A stretch of DNA of 32,036 nt from Candidatus Hermodarchaeota archaeon (GTDB lineage Archaea; Asgardarchaeota; Lokiarchaeia; Sigyniarchaeales; SOKP01). Location of the stretch: NCBI GenBank assembly GCA_048885525.1, contig JBHLLP010000039.1, forward strand, positions 1 through 32,036, written 5' to 3'. Made by a program: the position numbers and the translations under genes. Within the stretch, counting starts at the first letter, position 1, and the number at the start of each line of letters is the position of its first letter. Shown here in pieces: positions 19,200-28,249 of the stretch. The notes under the pieces were generated by a model. It made no database searches and had not been told where the DNA came from. It saw only the letters and a program-made list of their open reading frames with translations.

Positions 19200-19241
19200 A
19201 CATATCAAGAAATTAAAATTTACACATTATAGATTGAAATA

Positions 19242-20474
19242 TTATTTTTTAGCTAGTTTTTCTATAGCTGAATCTATCATTTTTAATTTCGTGGAATATT
19301 TTTCCATTAGTTCAGCATATTTTTCAATTTCTATCTCATTGTTCTCCTTTAAAAGTTTTAATTCATTTATAGTTCTAACTACTCCCGCCTTTTTATCAAT
19401 CAGTTTTTCTTTTTTACTATAGGGGATCTTTTCCTCTAATTTCTTTCTTTGGTATGATTTAAATCGTTTGATGTTTAAATCTTTAGGTACAAATTTAGTT
19501 AAATATATAATACTTTTTGGCACAAAAGGAGCAAGATTCTCTGGAATAATAATTATTGGTTCTGGATCTTGGATTTTTTTTATTTCGTTGTAAGTTAGAT
19601 TTTCTAGATTAATTTCTTTTAAATTATCTTTCACGATAGACAAATTTAACTCAATATTTTCTTTTTCTTCAATTGAAATTGATAAGTTTTTTAACATTTC
19701 TTCCCAAATATCTTCTGCTTTTAAAAAATACCATATAGCTTTCTGTTGTAATTTTTTAACTTTTTCTTGATTAATTGTTGTGATTGATGATTCGATTGAC
19801 GCACGAGCTTTAAGAAAACACGCTTTTCCCATATCATAGTGAAATTGAGCTCTTATTTGTTGTTTCTTTTTCTCTTCGTGTTTTTTTAGATAAAATAATC
19901 TTTTTGATAATAAACTAAGACCGGCATATAATTTTGAAGAAAAATAAATATTATTATTATGCTCTTCTCTGACAGCAGCGATACTTTGTGCAAGAATTCT
20001 TGATTCCTCTGAATTTAGTTCAAGGTTTTCTGAACTGATTGTGGGCCCTATATCTTTTTGATATACGACAGCAGCACTAAAGTAAGCAGCAGTTTTATAT
20101 ATTTTACTACATTCGGTCATTGCTATAATTGCATTTTCCCATTCTTCATCTGCTTCATATTTTTCAGATAAATAAGAGTAGGCTTTACCCATAATCCATA
20201 ATGCACGAGCACATTCAAACATTATATCTTGAATATCAATTTCGTTGTTAGTTATTGGATCATTAAAAACTGGAGTAATATCTAAATCTTTTAATATCTC
20301 GGAATGCCGTTCCTTTCCATAATTAACATTTAAAATCTTGGTATATTCCAATATGAGATTTAGATCATCTAAATTAAAAGTTTCATCTTGACGTTCTAAA
20401 GCATTCTCGATTTTTTTTATTTTATAATGCAGATAACGTATTCTCTGCATTAATTCATCGATAAAAAAAGTCAT
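19242..20474 (-). CDS. Helical repeat protein, probable BRO1-like domain
   Basis: FECARALWIMGKAYSYLS, YKTAAYF, ISSENLE...ILAQ, SKLYAGLS, AQFHYDMGKA occur in the order of BRO1 conserved blocks. Confidence 0.55.
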   Translation of the reverse strand: MTFFIDELMQRIRYLHYKIKKIENALERQDETFNLDDLNLILEYTKILNVNYGKERHSEILKDLDITPVFNDPITNNEIDIQDIMFECARALWIMGKAYSYLSEKYEADEEWENAIIAMTECSKIYKTAAYFSAAVVYQKDIGPTISSENLELNSEESRILAQSIAAVREEHNNNIYFSSKLYAGLSLLSKRLFYLKKHEEKKKQQIRAQFHYDMGKACFLKARASIESSITTINQEKVKKLQQKAIWYFLKAEDIWEEMLKNLSISIEEKENIELNLSIVKDNLKEINLENLTYNEIKKIQDPEPIIIIPENLAPFVPKSIIYLTKFVPKDLNIKRFKSYQRKKLEEKIPYSKKEKLIDKKAGVVRTINELKLLKENNEIEIEKYAELMEKYSTKLKMIDSAIEKLAKK

Positions 20475-20608
20475 AGTAAAATCTTAAAGTTTCTAATTAA
20501 ATTTAGTTAAATTAAATAATTCAAACATCATTTTAAAACTAATCTATCAAAATATTTTTATAAATGACTTATCTAGAAAAATCTGAAAACTGAAGTTTAA
20601 AATTAAAA

Positions 20609-21916
20609 ATGAATCAAAAATTAATTTTTATTTTTGAATTTGTCTCTGGTGGTGGTTTTAATCAAGTTGAAATACCATCTTCACTTTTTTGTGAAGGATT
20701 TGGTATGTTAAGATCTATAATAACAGATTTTAAAGCTTTGGGTTTTGAAATTCACACCCTCTTAGATTCCAGAATTTTCTTTTTATCAAAATTTTTAAAA
20801 GCTGATAATATTAGAAAAGTAAATAAACATGATGATTATTTACAATTCTTTAAAAATTTAGTAAAAAAATGTAATTATATTTTTATTATTGCTCCAGAAA
20901 CCTCAAACATCCTATATAACCTAACTAAAATCTGTAAAAATAGCAAAAAAATCTTACTCAGCACAAATTTATATGGGATTAAGAAAGGTACTTCAAAAAT
21001 AATAACTAACAAATTTTTTGAAAACTATGGAGTCTTAACGCCTAGAACTTACAGAATACCTTATAAAAAGAATCACTTAGATGAAAGTTATATTAGAGAA
21101 AAATTTAGGACATTGAAAAGACGTGTTATTATAAAGCCAGAAGATGGTGTGGGTGCGGAATCAATTCATTATATTGAGGATGAAATCGAAATATCAAATT
21201 TCCTCGAAAATTTTAATGTTAATCTAGAAAAAAATAGAAAATATATTATTCAAGAGTTTATTGAAGGAAAGGATTTGAGTATCTCATTGATAGGATGCCG
21301 TCATTTTAATGAGAGTCCAAAAATTTTAAGCATTAATTCACAAAAAGTTAGTATCAAGAATTTAAAATCTGAGTATCTCGGGGGATGTACCCCCTTAGAA
21401 AATCATAGAGATATTAATAAAAAATTATCCAAAATCATGAAGAGAATAAATTTCTTGAAAATCGAAGGATACTTTGGAATCGACCTTATAGAGAAACATG
21501 ATCATTCTTTCTATTTTATAGAACTTAACCCAAGGTTGACTACCTCATATATAGGAATAAGAAATGTTATTAATCTTAATTTTGCTGAATTATTATTAAA
21601 TTCAAAATTCAAAATTCAAACTGAACCAGAAATAAATATGCATGCTTATTCTTGTTTTACTCGAATTGACTTTTGCTCTAATAAATTTGAAAATTTGGAA
21701 ACCTTCTATGAAAATCTTATGCCTAAGTTAATTAGATTAATACCTGAGATTGTTACACCTCCTATTTCGCTTGATGACTCAAAAAATTTTTCATGTTTTA
21801 TTGCAACTCAAACTAAAGATTTATATTCTTCGAAAATAAGAGTAAATGAGATAATCCAGACTTTACAGAACTTAAATTTCAAAGTTGTTAAGCCAATAAA
21901 AATAAAATTATTGTAA
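20609..21916 (+). CDS. ATP-grasp ligase, MfnD (tyramine--L-glutamate ligase)-like
   Basis: FEFVSGGG...EGFGML, IIAPE, IIKPEDGVGA, IIQEFIEG..LSISL, GYFGIDL, IELNPRLTTSYIG. Confidence 0.8.
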   Translation: MNQKLIFIFEFVSGGGFNQVEIPSSLFCEGFGMLRSIITDFKALGFEIHTLLDSRIFFLSKFLKADNIRKVNKHDDYLQFFKNLVKKCNYIFIIAPETSNILYNLTKICKNSKKILLSTNLYGIKKGTSKIITNKFFENYGVLTPRTYRIPYKKNHLDESYIREKFRTLKRRVIIKPEDGVGAESIHYIEDEIEISNFLENFNVNLEKNRKYIIQEFIEGKDLSISLIGCRHFNESPKILSINSQKVSIKNLKSEYLGGCTPLENHRDINKKLSKIMKRINFLKIEGYFGIDLIEKHDHSFYFIELNPRLTTSYIGIRNVINLNFAELLLNSKFKIQTEPEINMHAYSCFTRIDFCSNKFENLETFYENLMPKLIRLIPEIVTPPISLDDSKNFSCFIATQTKDLYSSKIRVNEIIQTLQNLNFKVVKPIKIKLL

Positions 21917-22778
21917 AGCCACCATAATGGAGTAAAAGAGAAATTATTAGGCTACTTTCAATTTTTAATCCTTTCTTTACACATAGACTATAAGATAATA
22001 ACCATAAAGACCAAACTTGAAATATTATCAATAAGACTTTATCAATTAAATTATATATACTAATATTTAGCAAATCTGACCATTTGAAAATCAAATGAGA
22101 TAAAAGGTAAAATATCATTGGAGATTGAATTAACGCAAATGTTATTAAAAAATTCAATGCATTTTCATTCTTTTTATATATTAGTCGAGAAATTCCCTCA
22201 ACTATAATAAAAAATATAAATGTGTTTATAATAAAACTAAAACTAATCAAAATCCTAAAATATAAATCTAAATCAATTTGTCCACTATCTATAAAAAATA
22301 ATAAAAACGAGTAAAAACCATTTAATCCACTTAAAATTGTTCCTATTATTAATATCCCGATAGATATTATTATAGAATACTTCTTATCTTTTTCTTCAAA
22401 ATTGATAAATCTACTTGAAGTAATCCACATTAATTTACGTAAAATTGGAGATTTAATTTCTCGGTGTATGAAATCTGGGGATTTTATTGTTTCAATATTA
22501 TTTTTTAAAGAGTTATATGCATATACTCCTAATTCTTTTAAATAATATTTTTTATCCTGTTTTTGCTCAATTAATTCTGATAAGGTGTCTAAATGATGAT
22601 ATATTGTACCAGTACTTACTCCAAGATTTTTCTTAAGTTTAGTAAAAGTAGTATATTCATTATCTCCAATGATCTTTATTATTTTTCTACGGATTTCATG
22701 ACCTAGTGCGTAATAATAACTTGATTCAGCGTCATGTTGATTATTTTCCTTTTTTACATTATTAGGTTTTTCAGTAAT
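21888..22778 (-). CDS. ArsR-type winged-HTH fused to a multi-TM domain (~296 aa); apparent ATT start
   Basis: Frame is open for 116 codons upstream of the track's ATG (22430) and encodes YYALGHEIRRKIIKIIG...TFTKLKKNLGVSTGTIYHHLDTLSELIEQKQDKKYYLKELGVYAY. Confidence 0.8.
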   Translation of the reverse strand: MTEKPNNVKKENNQHDAESSYYYALGHEIRRKIIKIIGDNEYTTFTKLKKNLGVSTGTIYHHLDTLSELIEQKQDKKYYLKELGVYAYNSLKNNIETIKSPDFIHREIKSPILRKLMWITSSRFINFEEKDKKYSIIISIGILIIGTILSGLNGFYSFLLFFIDSGQIDLDLYFRILISFSFIINTFIFFIIVEGISRLIYKKNENALNFLITFALIQSPMIFYLLSHLIFKWSDLLNISIYNLIDKVLLIIFQVWSLWLLSYSLCVKKGLKIESSLIISLLLHYGGFTIILFLLA

Positions 22779-22780
22779 TC

Positions 22781-23203
22781 TTAATTACCATCCGTTTGTT
22801 TTTCTTTTGTAATAAGTACATTAATTACATTTAAAAGAACTAAAAGAAATCCTGCAACCCCCAAATAGAAGCCAATCCCGGAATTGGAGATAAATTCAAT
22901 TTCCTGAGAAATATAATCAATAAAAAATATTAACATAAAGCCTAAACCAACAAAAGATAATATAGCTGATTTTACTTTTAGTTCTAATCGATAAATAACT
23001 AAAAAGCTAGCAATTAGACATATAATACCACTTAATAATGGAAATAAAAATAAAAATGAATCTGCTAGCTCTACAGAGGTGGTAATAATATAAATCTCCA
23101 ATAAATTATAACTAGAAAACCATGAAAAGAATTCAGAAATTATTAAGAGTATTGAACCAATAAGACCTATTATAAATGTATTTACGTATTTTTTAAGTTC
23201 CAT
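22781..23203 (-). CDS. Four-TM membrane protein, unknown function
   Basis: GSILLIISEFFSWF...GIGFYLGVAG; co-oriented and abutting the wHTH gene. Confidence 0.75.
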   Translation of the reverse strand: MELKKYVNTFIIGLIGSILLIISEFFSWFSSYNLLEIYIITTSVELADSFLFLFPLLSGIICLIASFLVIYRLELKVKSAILSFVGLGFMLIFFIDYISQEIEFISNSGIGFYLGVAGFLLVLLNVINVLITKEKQTDGN

Positions 23204-23340
23204 TACAAATCATAATAGTTTTTCCATTAAAATTATAAAATTATAAAAATTCAAAAAGAATATTATTAAAATAAATTTTGAAAATATTAATTTATTTGAG
23301 ATTTTAAAAGATAATTAAAACAATAACGACTTGAGATAAA

Positions 23341-24717
23341 ATGTCATCTTCATCTGTATCAGAAATCCAAACTGAATCCCCTCCCCTTTTCAACTATCTT
23401 ATGCAAGAAATTCCTTTAGAGGATATTAGAGATTATGCTTCACCAAGACGAATACAATCTATAGATTTTTTAAAGGGATTTGCGATTATTTTTGTAATTT
23501 TAGCACATACTGCTCAATACTGGCTTGATCCTATCTCTAGATATGTTTATGGCATTCTCTATGCTTTATTAGATATTCTTGGACCTTCCTTATTCGTATT
23601 CCTTTCAGCACTAAGCGTTATATTTAGTATTAAAAGGAAAGAAGGAATTGTTCACCCAAAAATTATTCGAAATCGCATTTTTACACGAGGAATCGTGATG
23701 ATTGTAATAGGTATGCTTACGAATTTAGTTGCAATAGTAGATGGGAGAGTTATTTTAGTCATATTTGGTTGGAATATCATAACTTTTATTGGTTTTTCTC
23801 AAATCTTTTCTTTTTATATTTTAAAACTTAAGAAAAAATGGCGGATAATAATTGGATTACTAATAATAGTTTTTTCACCAGCTTTAAGAGCTATTCTTTA
23901 TGATGGAAAGGAAGCGGGAAACTATATATTAACTTTTTTCCATTATATAGTAACTTCTCCAACTCCTCATCTTACGCTATTACCGTGGGTTTCAATATGT
24001 TTCATTTCTACAATATTTGGTGAATATATTTTTGAAGCAATGAATAAAGGAACAAGTGATGCCTATGTGGGACTTTTTCGTATCTTTTTAGTCTGGGGTG
24101 TTATTTTTGTAATTATTGGGATTTTTATTCCACTCCCTTCTTTCGGTTTTGAGCTACAAACAGCTGATACAATGATTGGAGGATTATCTGAATATCCACA
24201 TATAGAATTATTAGAAATAGCCCAAAATCAGACTTACTATGAGATACCCGGAATGCCGTTATTCTTAATAAGAGGTACTAGTGCAAATATGTTTTATAAC
24301 CAAGGAGCTGCTTTAATTATTATTGCAACATTCTTCTTTTTGATCGATATTAAGAACAAAGAAAACAATTTCACCAGAATGTTAGTTTATTACGGTAAAG
24401 TCTCCCTAAGTTTATTCCTGATACATTTCTTATTTATGCCGCTTTTTTCTCAACAATTAAATATACCTCTATTTCTGGTGATAAGTCTTTCGTATATAGG
24501 GTTTTTAGGAATTTTTATGTATATTTGGATGGAATATGCTAAAGGTGTTGGATCCCCCGAGTGGTTAATGGTTCAGATGGGTAGGATTGGTCAAAAATCA
24601 GGTGAAGCCGTTAAGAAAACTACGAAAAAGATGTATCAAAAAATTAAAAAGCATGAAAAAGTTAAAAAAATGGAAGATTTCATGAAAAAATTAAGTAAAG
24701 ACGACGATAATCCATAA
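23341..24717 (+). CDS. Transmembrane acyl/acetyltransferase, HGSNAT-catalytic/DUF1624-like (paralogue 1)
   Basis: RRIQSIDFLKGFAIIFVILAH, PSLFVFLS, LLPW, YGKVSLSLFLIH. Confidence 0.8.
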   Translation: MSSSSVSEIQTESPPLFNYLMQEIPLEDIRDYASPRRIQSIDFLKGFAIIFVILAHTAQYWLDPISRYVYGILYALLDILGPSLFVFLSALSVIFSIKRKEGIVHPKIIRNRIFTRGIVMIVIGMLTNLVAIVDGRVILVIFGWNIITFIGFSQIFSFYILKLKKKWRIIIGLLIIVFSPALRAILYDGKEAGNYILTFFHYIVTSPTPHLTLLPWVSICFISTIFGEYIFEAMNKGTSDAYVGLFRIFLVWGVIFVIIGIFIPLPSFGFELQTADTMIGGLSEYPHIELLEIAQNQTYYEIPGMPLFLIRGTSANMFYNQGAALIIIATFFFLIDIKNKENNFTRMLVYYGKVSLSLFLIHFLFMPLFSQQLNIPLFLVISLSYIGFLGIFMYIWMEYAKGVGSPEWLMVQMGRIGQKSGEAVKKTTKKMYQKIKKHEKVKKMEDFMKKLSKDDDNP

Positions 24718-24731
24718 AGACAAGGTTTCCA

Positions 24732-26024
24732 ATGTTTAAAACTCGAATATTCTTTCTAATAGCCTGTGGTTTCAATATTTTCTATTTAATTTTAACATTC
24801 ATTTTTTTTTATTTCTTAAGTAGTCCTTTAATGAATATTGAAGAAAATGACTATTTATCATTTTATTATGCAGGCTTAAATATCATAAGAAATTTACCTA
24901 ATTTATACAACTCTTCGCTATCTCCATTTCCTTTTAGATATTTGCCTCCTTCTGCTTACTTTTTTACACCATTTTCAATTTTAGGGTTAGAATTAGGCTA
25001 TTTTTTTTTTCAGATTTTCAATTTCTTTCTAAACGTCTTATTAATTTATCTAATGTATAGAATCATTCAAATTTACAACAAAATTGGCAATGACTCCCAC
25101 TTTTATTTCAAATTAAATAAATTTAGAGATATTTTCGATGAAACTGACAATGATTCTATTCTTCATCAAAATGCTGTTTTTCTAATAATGTTGCCACAAT
25201 TTATGAATTATTTCTTAGGACAAATTAATCTAATAGTGTTATTTTTCATTCTTTCTTCCTTGTTATATTTTTTGAAAGGAGATATTAAGAATGATATAAT
25301 AGGAGGATTCTTAATAGGACTAGGCTTATTATTAAAACCAAATCTAATTCTCATTTTACCATTTTTATTTGTCTTGAATTATAATAGAAAATCTAAGAAA
25401 ATTGTCTTTAATCTAAAGAAAACTATTGCAAGAGTGCTAGGTCCTTTAATTTTAATATTTATCTCAGGGATTTATTTTTTTATTTACCCTCAAATGTTAT
25501 CAGATTTCATTGCTGTTAATCTTACAGGAGAATATACATATACTACAGAAACGGGTATAGAAATTAATCCTTCATTCAGTTTGACTAGAATTGTTTTAAT
25601 TTTTTTGCAATTGATTAGAGTAGATGTTAATGGATTTCTTGTATTTATAGGTATAACCTTAATTATCTTAATTCCAATATATTTTTTTTATATTCAAACT
25701 CCTTATCATCCGAAAAATTTAATCAATGGATACTTAATAGGAATTTTGGTAATGTTAATTGTATATTTTGATTCTTGGCCTCATCATCTTGTCGTTTTGA
25801 CACCATTTTTAATCTTTTTTATTCTATTCAATAAAAAATTCCAATACTATAAACTATTCAAGTATATTCATTACTTAGTAGCGATATTAATGGTTATTTT
25901 TTGGGGGATCTATTACATTACCCATCAATTTTTCCCTTTTAACGCAGGAGGATTAACATTATTGATGTTATTATACTACTGCTTAATTACATATTATTTA
26001 AATCAAGTTAGAGAGAATTTATAA
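24732..26024 (+). CDS. GT87/DUF2029 (GT-C fold) membrane glycosyltransferase
   Basis: DYLSFYYAG, PFRYLPP, LGQIN, LLKP, SWPHH motifs; polytopic. Confidence 0.85.
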   Translation: MFKTRIFFLIACGFNIFYLILTFIFFYFLSSPLMNIEENDYLSFYYAGLNIIRNLPNLYNSSLSPFPFRYLPPSAYFFTPFSILGLELGYFFFQIFNFFLNVLLIYLMYRIIQIYNKIGNDSHFYFKLNKFRDIFDETDNDSILHQNAVFLIMLPQFMNYFLGQINLIVLFFILSSLLYFLKGDIKNDIIGGFLIGLGLLLKPNLILILPFLFVLNYNRKSKKIVFNLKKTIARVLGPLILIFISGIYFFIYPQMLSDFIAVNLTGEYTYTTETGIEINPSFSLTRIVLIFLQLIRVDVNGFLVFIGITLIILIPIYFFYIQTPYHPKNLINGYLIGILVMLIVYFDSWPHHLVVLTPFLIFFILFNKKFQYYKLFKYIHYLVAILMVIFWGIYYITHQFFPFNAGGLTLLMLLYYCLITYYLNQVRENL

Positions 26025-26192
26025 CAGATTTATAAAAATCTTCTTTAAAAAAAGAGCTTTTTCGCTTAAAACGATCAAAAATTAATGATAACAAAAAAGT
26101 TTTAAATAGTTCAATAATAATAATATTAAAATTTTACTTCGGAAATTATCTTTTTCCATTAAAATTATTCGATAAAATGATTAGGATCAATA

Positions 26193-27470
26193 ATGTCAAT
26201 AGCAATTGAAGAAGAATTCAATAATGAACTTACAAATGATAAATCGAAAAGAATTGCTTCAATAGATTATGTTAAAGGATTTGCAATAGTTTGGATAGTT
26301 TTAGCTCATGCAGGTCTCAGCTGGCTTGATAGTGATTGGAAGTATGTGTATGGGCTTGTTTTTGCATTCCTCGACGTTCTTGGACCTTCATTATTCGTAT
26401 TTCTCTCAGCACTTAGTGTGGTTTTCAGTTACAAAAGAAAAAAAGGAAAAATGTCAGAGAAAGCGATTCGTAACGGGATTTTGATAAGAGGAGCGGTAAT
26501 CATTTTTATAGGTGTGTTATTCAATCCAGTTTCCTTATTAACAGAGCGTAAGATAGTTCCTTTCCCTGCAAATTTATGGGGTTGGAATATTCTTATGTTT
26601 ATTGGATTCTCTCAGATTATCTCTTATTATGCGATAAAATTTAATAAGAAGTGGCGTGCTTTAATTGGAATTGTCGTTATTTATTTTTCTCCTTGGATTC
26701 GAGAACTCCTCTATGAATTTAAAGATGGAAATATTGGGGTTTCTATCCTGCATTTCATTATAACTTCTCCACTTCCTCAAGTTCCAATATTACCATACTT
26801 AGCAGTTTGTTTCATGTCTACAATATTTGGTGAGTTTCTTTACGATGCAATGATAAAAGGGACTAAAGAAGCCTACTATAAGTTATTTCGAATATTTTCC
26901 ATTTATGGGATAATATTTGTATTGTTGGGAATATTTTTAATTGTCCCGAGGGGTGTTGCTTTTGATATTTGGGAATTTGGATTATCACGAGTAAATCCTG
27001 CTCAGCCCCCGAACCTCCATTCTGCTCCTGGTATTATTATAAGATCAGAATATTTACATATTGACTTATTGGAGATAGCTAATCGGCAAAATTATGCTCA
27101 TTTTGATGCAATGCCGATTTATATGGTAAGATGTACTGCCCAAAATATGTTCTACAATCTTGGCATTGCTTTTTTACTTATCGCAATATGTTTTTATGTT
27201 ATTGACATAAAAAAGAAAATGAATGATGTCATAAGATTAGTCTTATTTTATGGAAAGACTAGCCTCTCTCTGTTTCTAATTCAATATCTTTTTCTTCCCT
27301 TATATACAGGCCAATTTTCAATAATATTTCTGCCAATTGTTTGGGTTGGCTATTGTGGATTTCTCGGTTTACTTATGTATATGTGGTTGAAATATTTTAA
27401 TGGTGTGGGTACACCAGAATGGATTATGAGAAAAATTGGAGATGTAGGGAAAAAAAAGAAAAATTCATGA
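26193..27470 (+). CDS. Transmembrane acyl/acetyltransferase, HGSNAT-catalytic/DUF1624-like (paralogue 2)
   Basis: KRIASIDYVKGFAIVWIVLAH, LGPSLFVFLSALSV, STIFGE, YGKTSLSLFLI; colinear with 23341-24717. Confidence 0.8.
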   Translation: MSIAIEEEFNNELTNDKSKRIASIDYVKGFAIVWIVLAHAGLSWLDSDWKYVYGLVFAFLDVLGPSLFVFLSALSVVFSYKRKKGKMSEKAIRNGILIRGAVIIFIGVLFNPVSLLTERKIVPFPANLWGWNILMFIGFSQIISYYAIKFNKKWRALIGIVVIYFSPWIRELLYEFKDGNIGVSILHFIITSPLPQVPILPYLAVCFMSTIFGEFLYDAMIKGTKEAYYKLFRIFSIYGIIFVLLGIFLIVPRGVAFDIWEFGLSRVNPAQPPNLHSAPGIIIRSEYLHIDLLEIANRQNYAHFDAMPIYMVRCTAQNMFYNLGIAFLLIAICFYVIDIKKKMNDVIRLVLFYGKTSLSLFLIQYLFLPLYTGQFSIIFLPIVWVGYCGFLGLLMYMWLKYFNGVGTPEWIMRKIGDVGKKKKNS

Positions 27471-27671
27471 GAGAGATCTCATTTAGAGGAACTTAAAAAT
27501 TATAAAAGCGATATTCTAAAGATATAAATATCTTTAAAAGATAATATGAAATAATAATCGATGAATTAATTATTAATATTAATCATTGTAGCAAATTCAA
27601 ATCTTATAATAATTTATCAAAAAAATATAAATAAATACACTATAAATTGAATATATACGAGGAAATTAATT

Positions 27672-28225
27672 ATGAGCTCAGAATCTCAATTTAAGTTTAA
27701 GATAACTCTCTTTGGTCCTGGTGGAGTTGGTAAAACATCTCTTCTATTAAGGTATATTAAAGATTATTTTAGTGATGACCTTAAAAAAACCATAGGGAGC
27801 AATTTTCTTATTAAGGACGTAGAACTCGATGGTAAAAATGTCCGTCTATTATTATGGGATAGCTTTATCTAAAATTCTTAGATTGCCTCAAAATTGGCGG
27901 ACAACCACAATTCCATAAACTCAGAACTATATATTTTAAGGGGAGTAACGCAGCATTGGGTGTTTTTGATTTATCATCTAGTCAAACCCTCCTAAAAATT
28001 CCCGGTTGGATCAGTTCAATTAAGAAGACAGTCAAAAAAACTATACCCATGATATTATTAGGTAATAAGGCAGATTTAGAAAGAGAAGTAGATAGGTCAG
28101 AAGCAGAGGATTTAGCTAAGAGGTTAAATTGTGACTATCTAGAGACCTCAGCAAAGACAGGACATAATGTAGAATTAGCCTTTGAAAAAATAGCGAAAGC
28201 TTGTATTGAGGATATTGGTGTTTAA
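27672..28225 (+). CDS. Rab/Ras-like small GTPase, 173 aa after splicing; join(27672..27860,27893..28225)
   Basis: G1 GPGGVGKT, G2 TIG, G3 WD|IGGQ (split), G4 NKAD, G5 ETSAK; the two ORF-track fragments join in frame when 32 nt are removed. Confidence 0.9.
27861..27892 (+). other. Putative 32-nt BHB-type mRNA intron
   Basis: Central helix UGGG(27855-58)/CUCA(27887-90), 3-nt bulges AUA(27859-61) and AAA(27891-93); cuts after the second bulge nucleotide restore GAT|ATT. Confidence 0.8.
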
Positions 28226-28249
28226 GAACATCAATAGTACTTCTATTAT

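Noticed and set aside
13431-19422. Short ORFs 13431-13622, 13860-14171, 14506-14778, 16153-16473, 18383-18646, 19234-19422
   Set aside because: Antisense shadows of real genes.
27467-27530. TGA stop of acyltransferase 2 within a small hairpin (atgaga-gaga-tctcat) as a selenocysteine readthrough site
   Set aside because: Located at a non-conserved C-terminus with no Cys-equivalent context and no recognisable SECIS.
27672-28225. GTPase as a pseudogene or as two separate genes (66 aa + 89 aa)
   Set aside because: Both halves are intact and removal of one BHB-bounded 32-nt segment restores a complete protein; a pseudogene cannot be fully excluded without RNA data.
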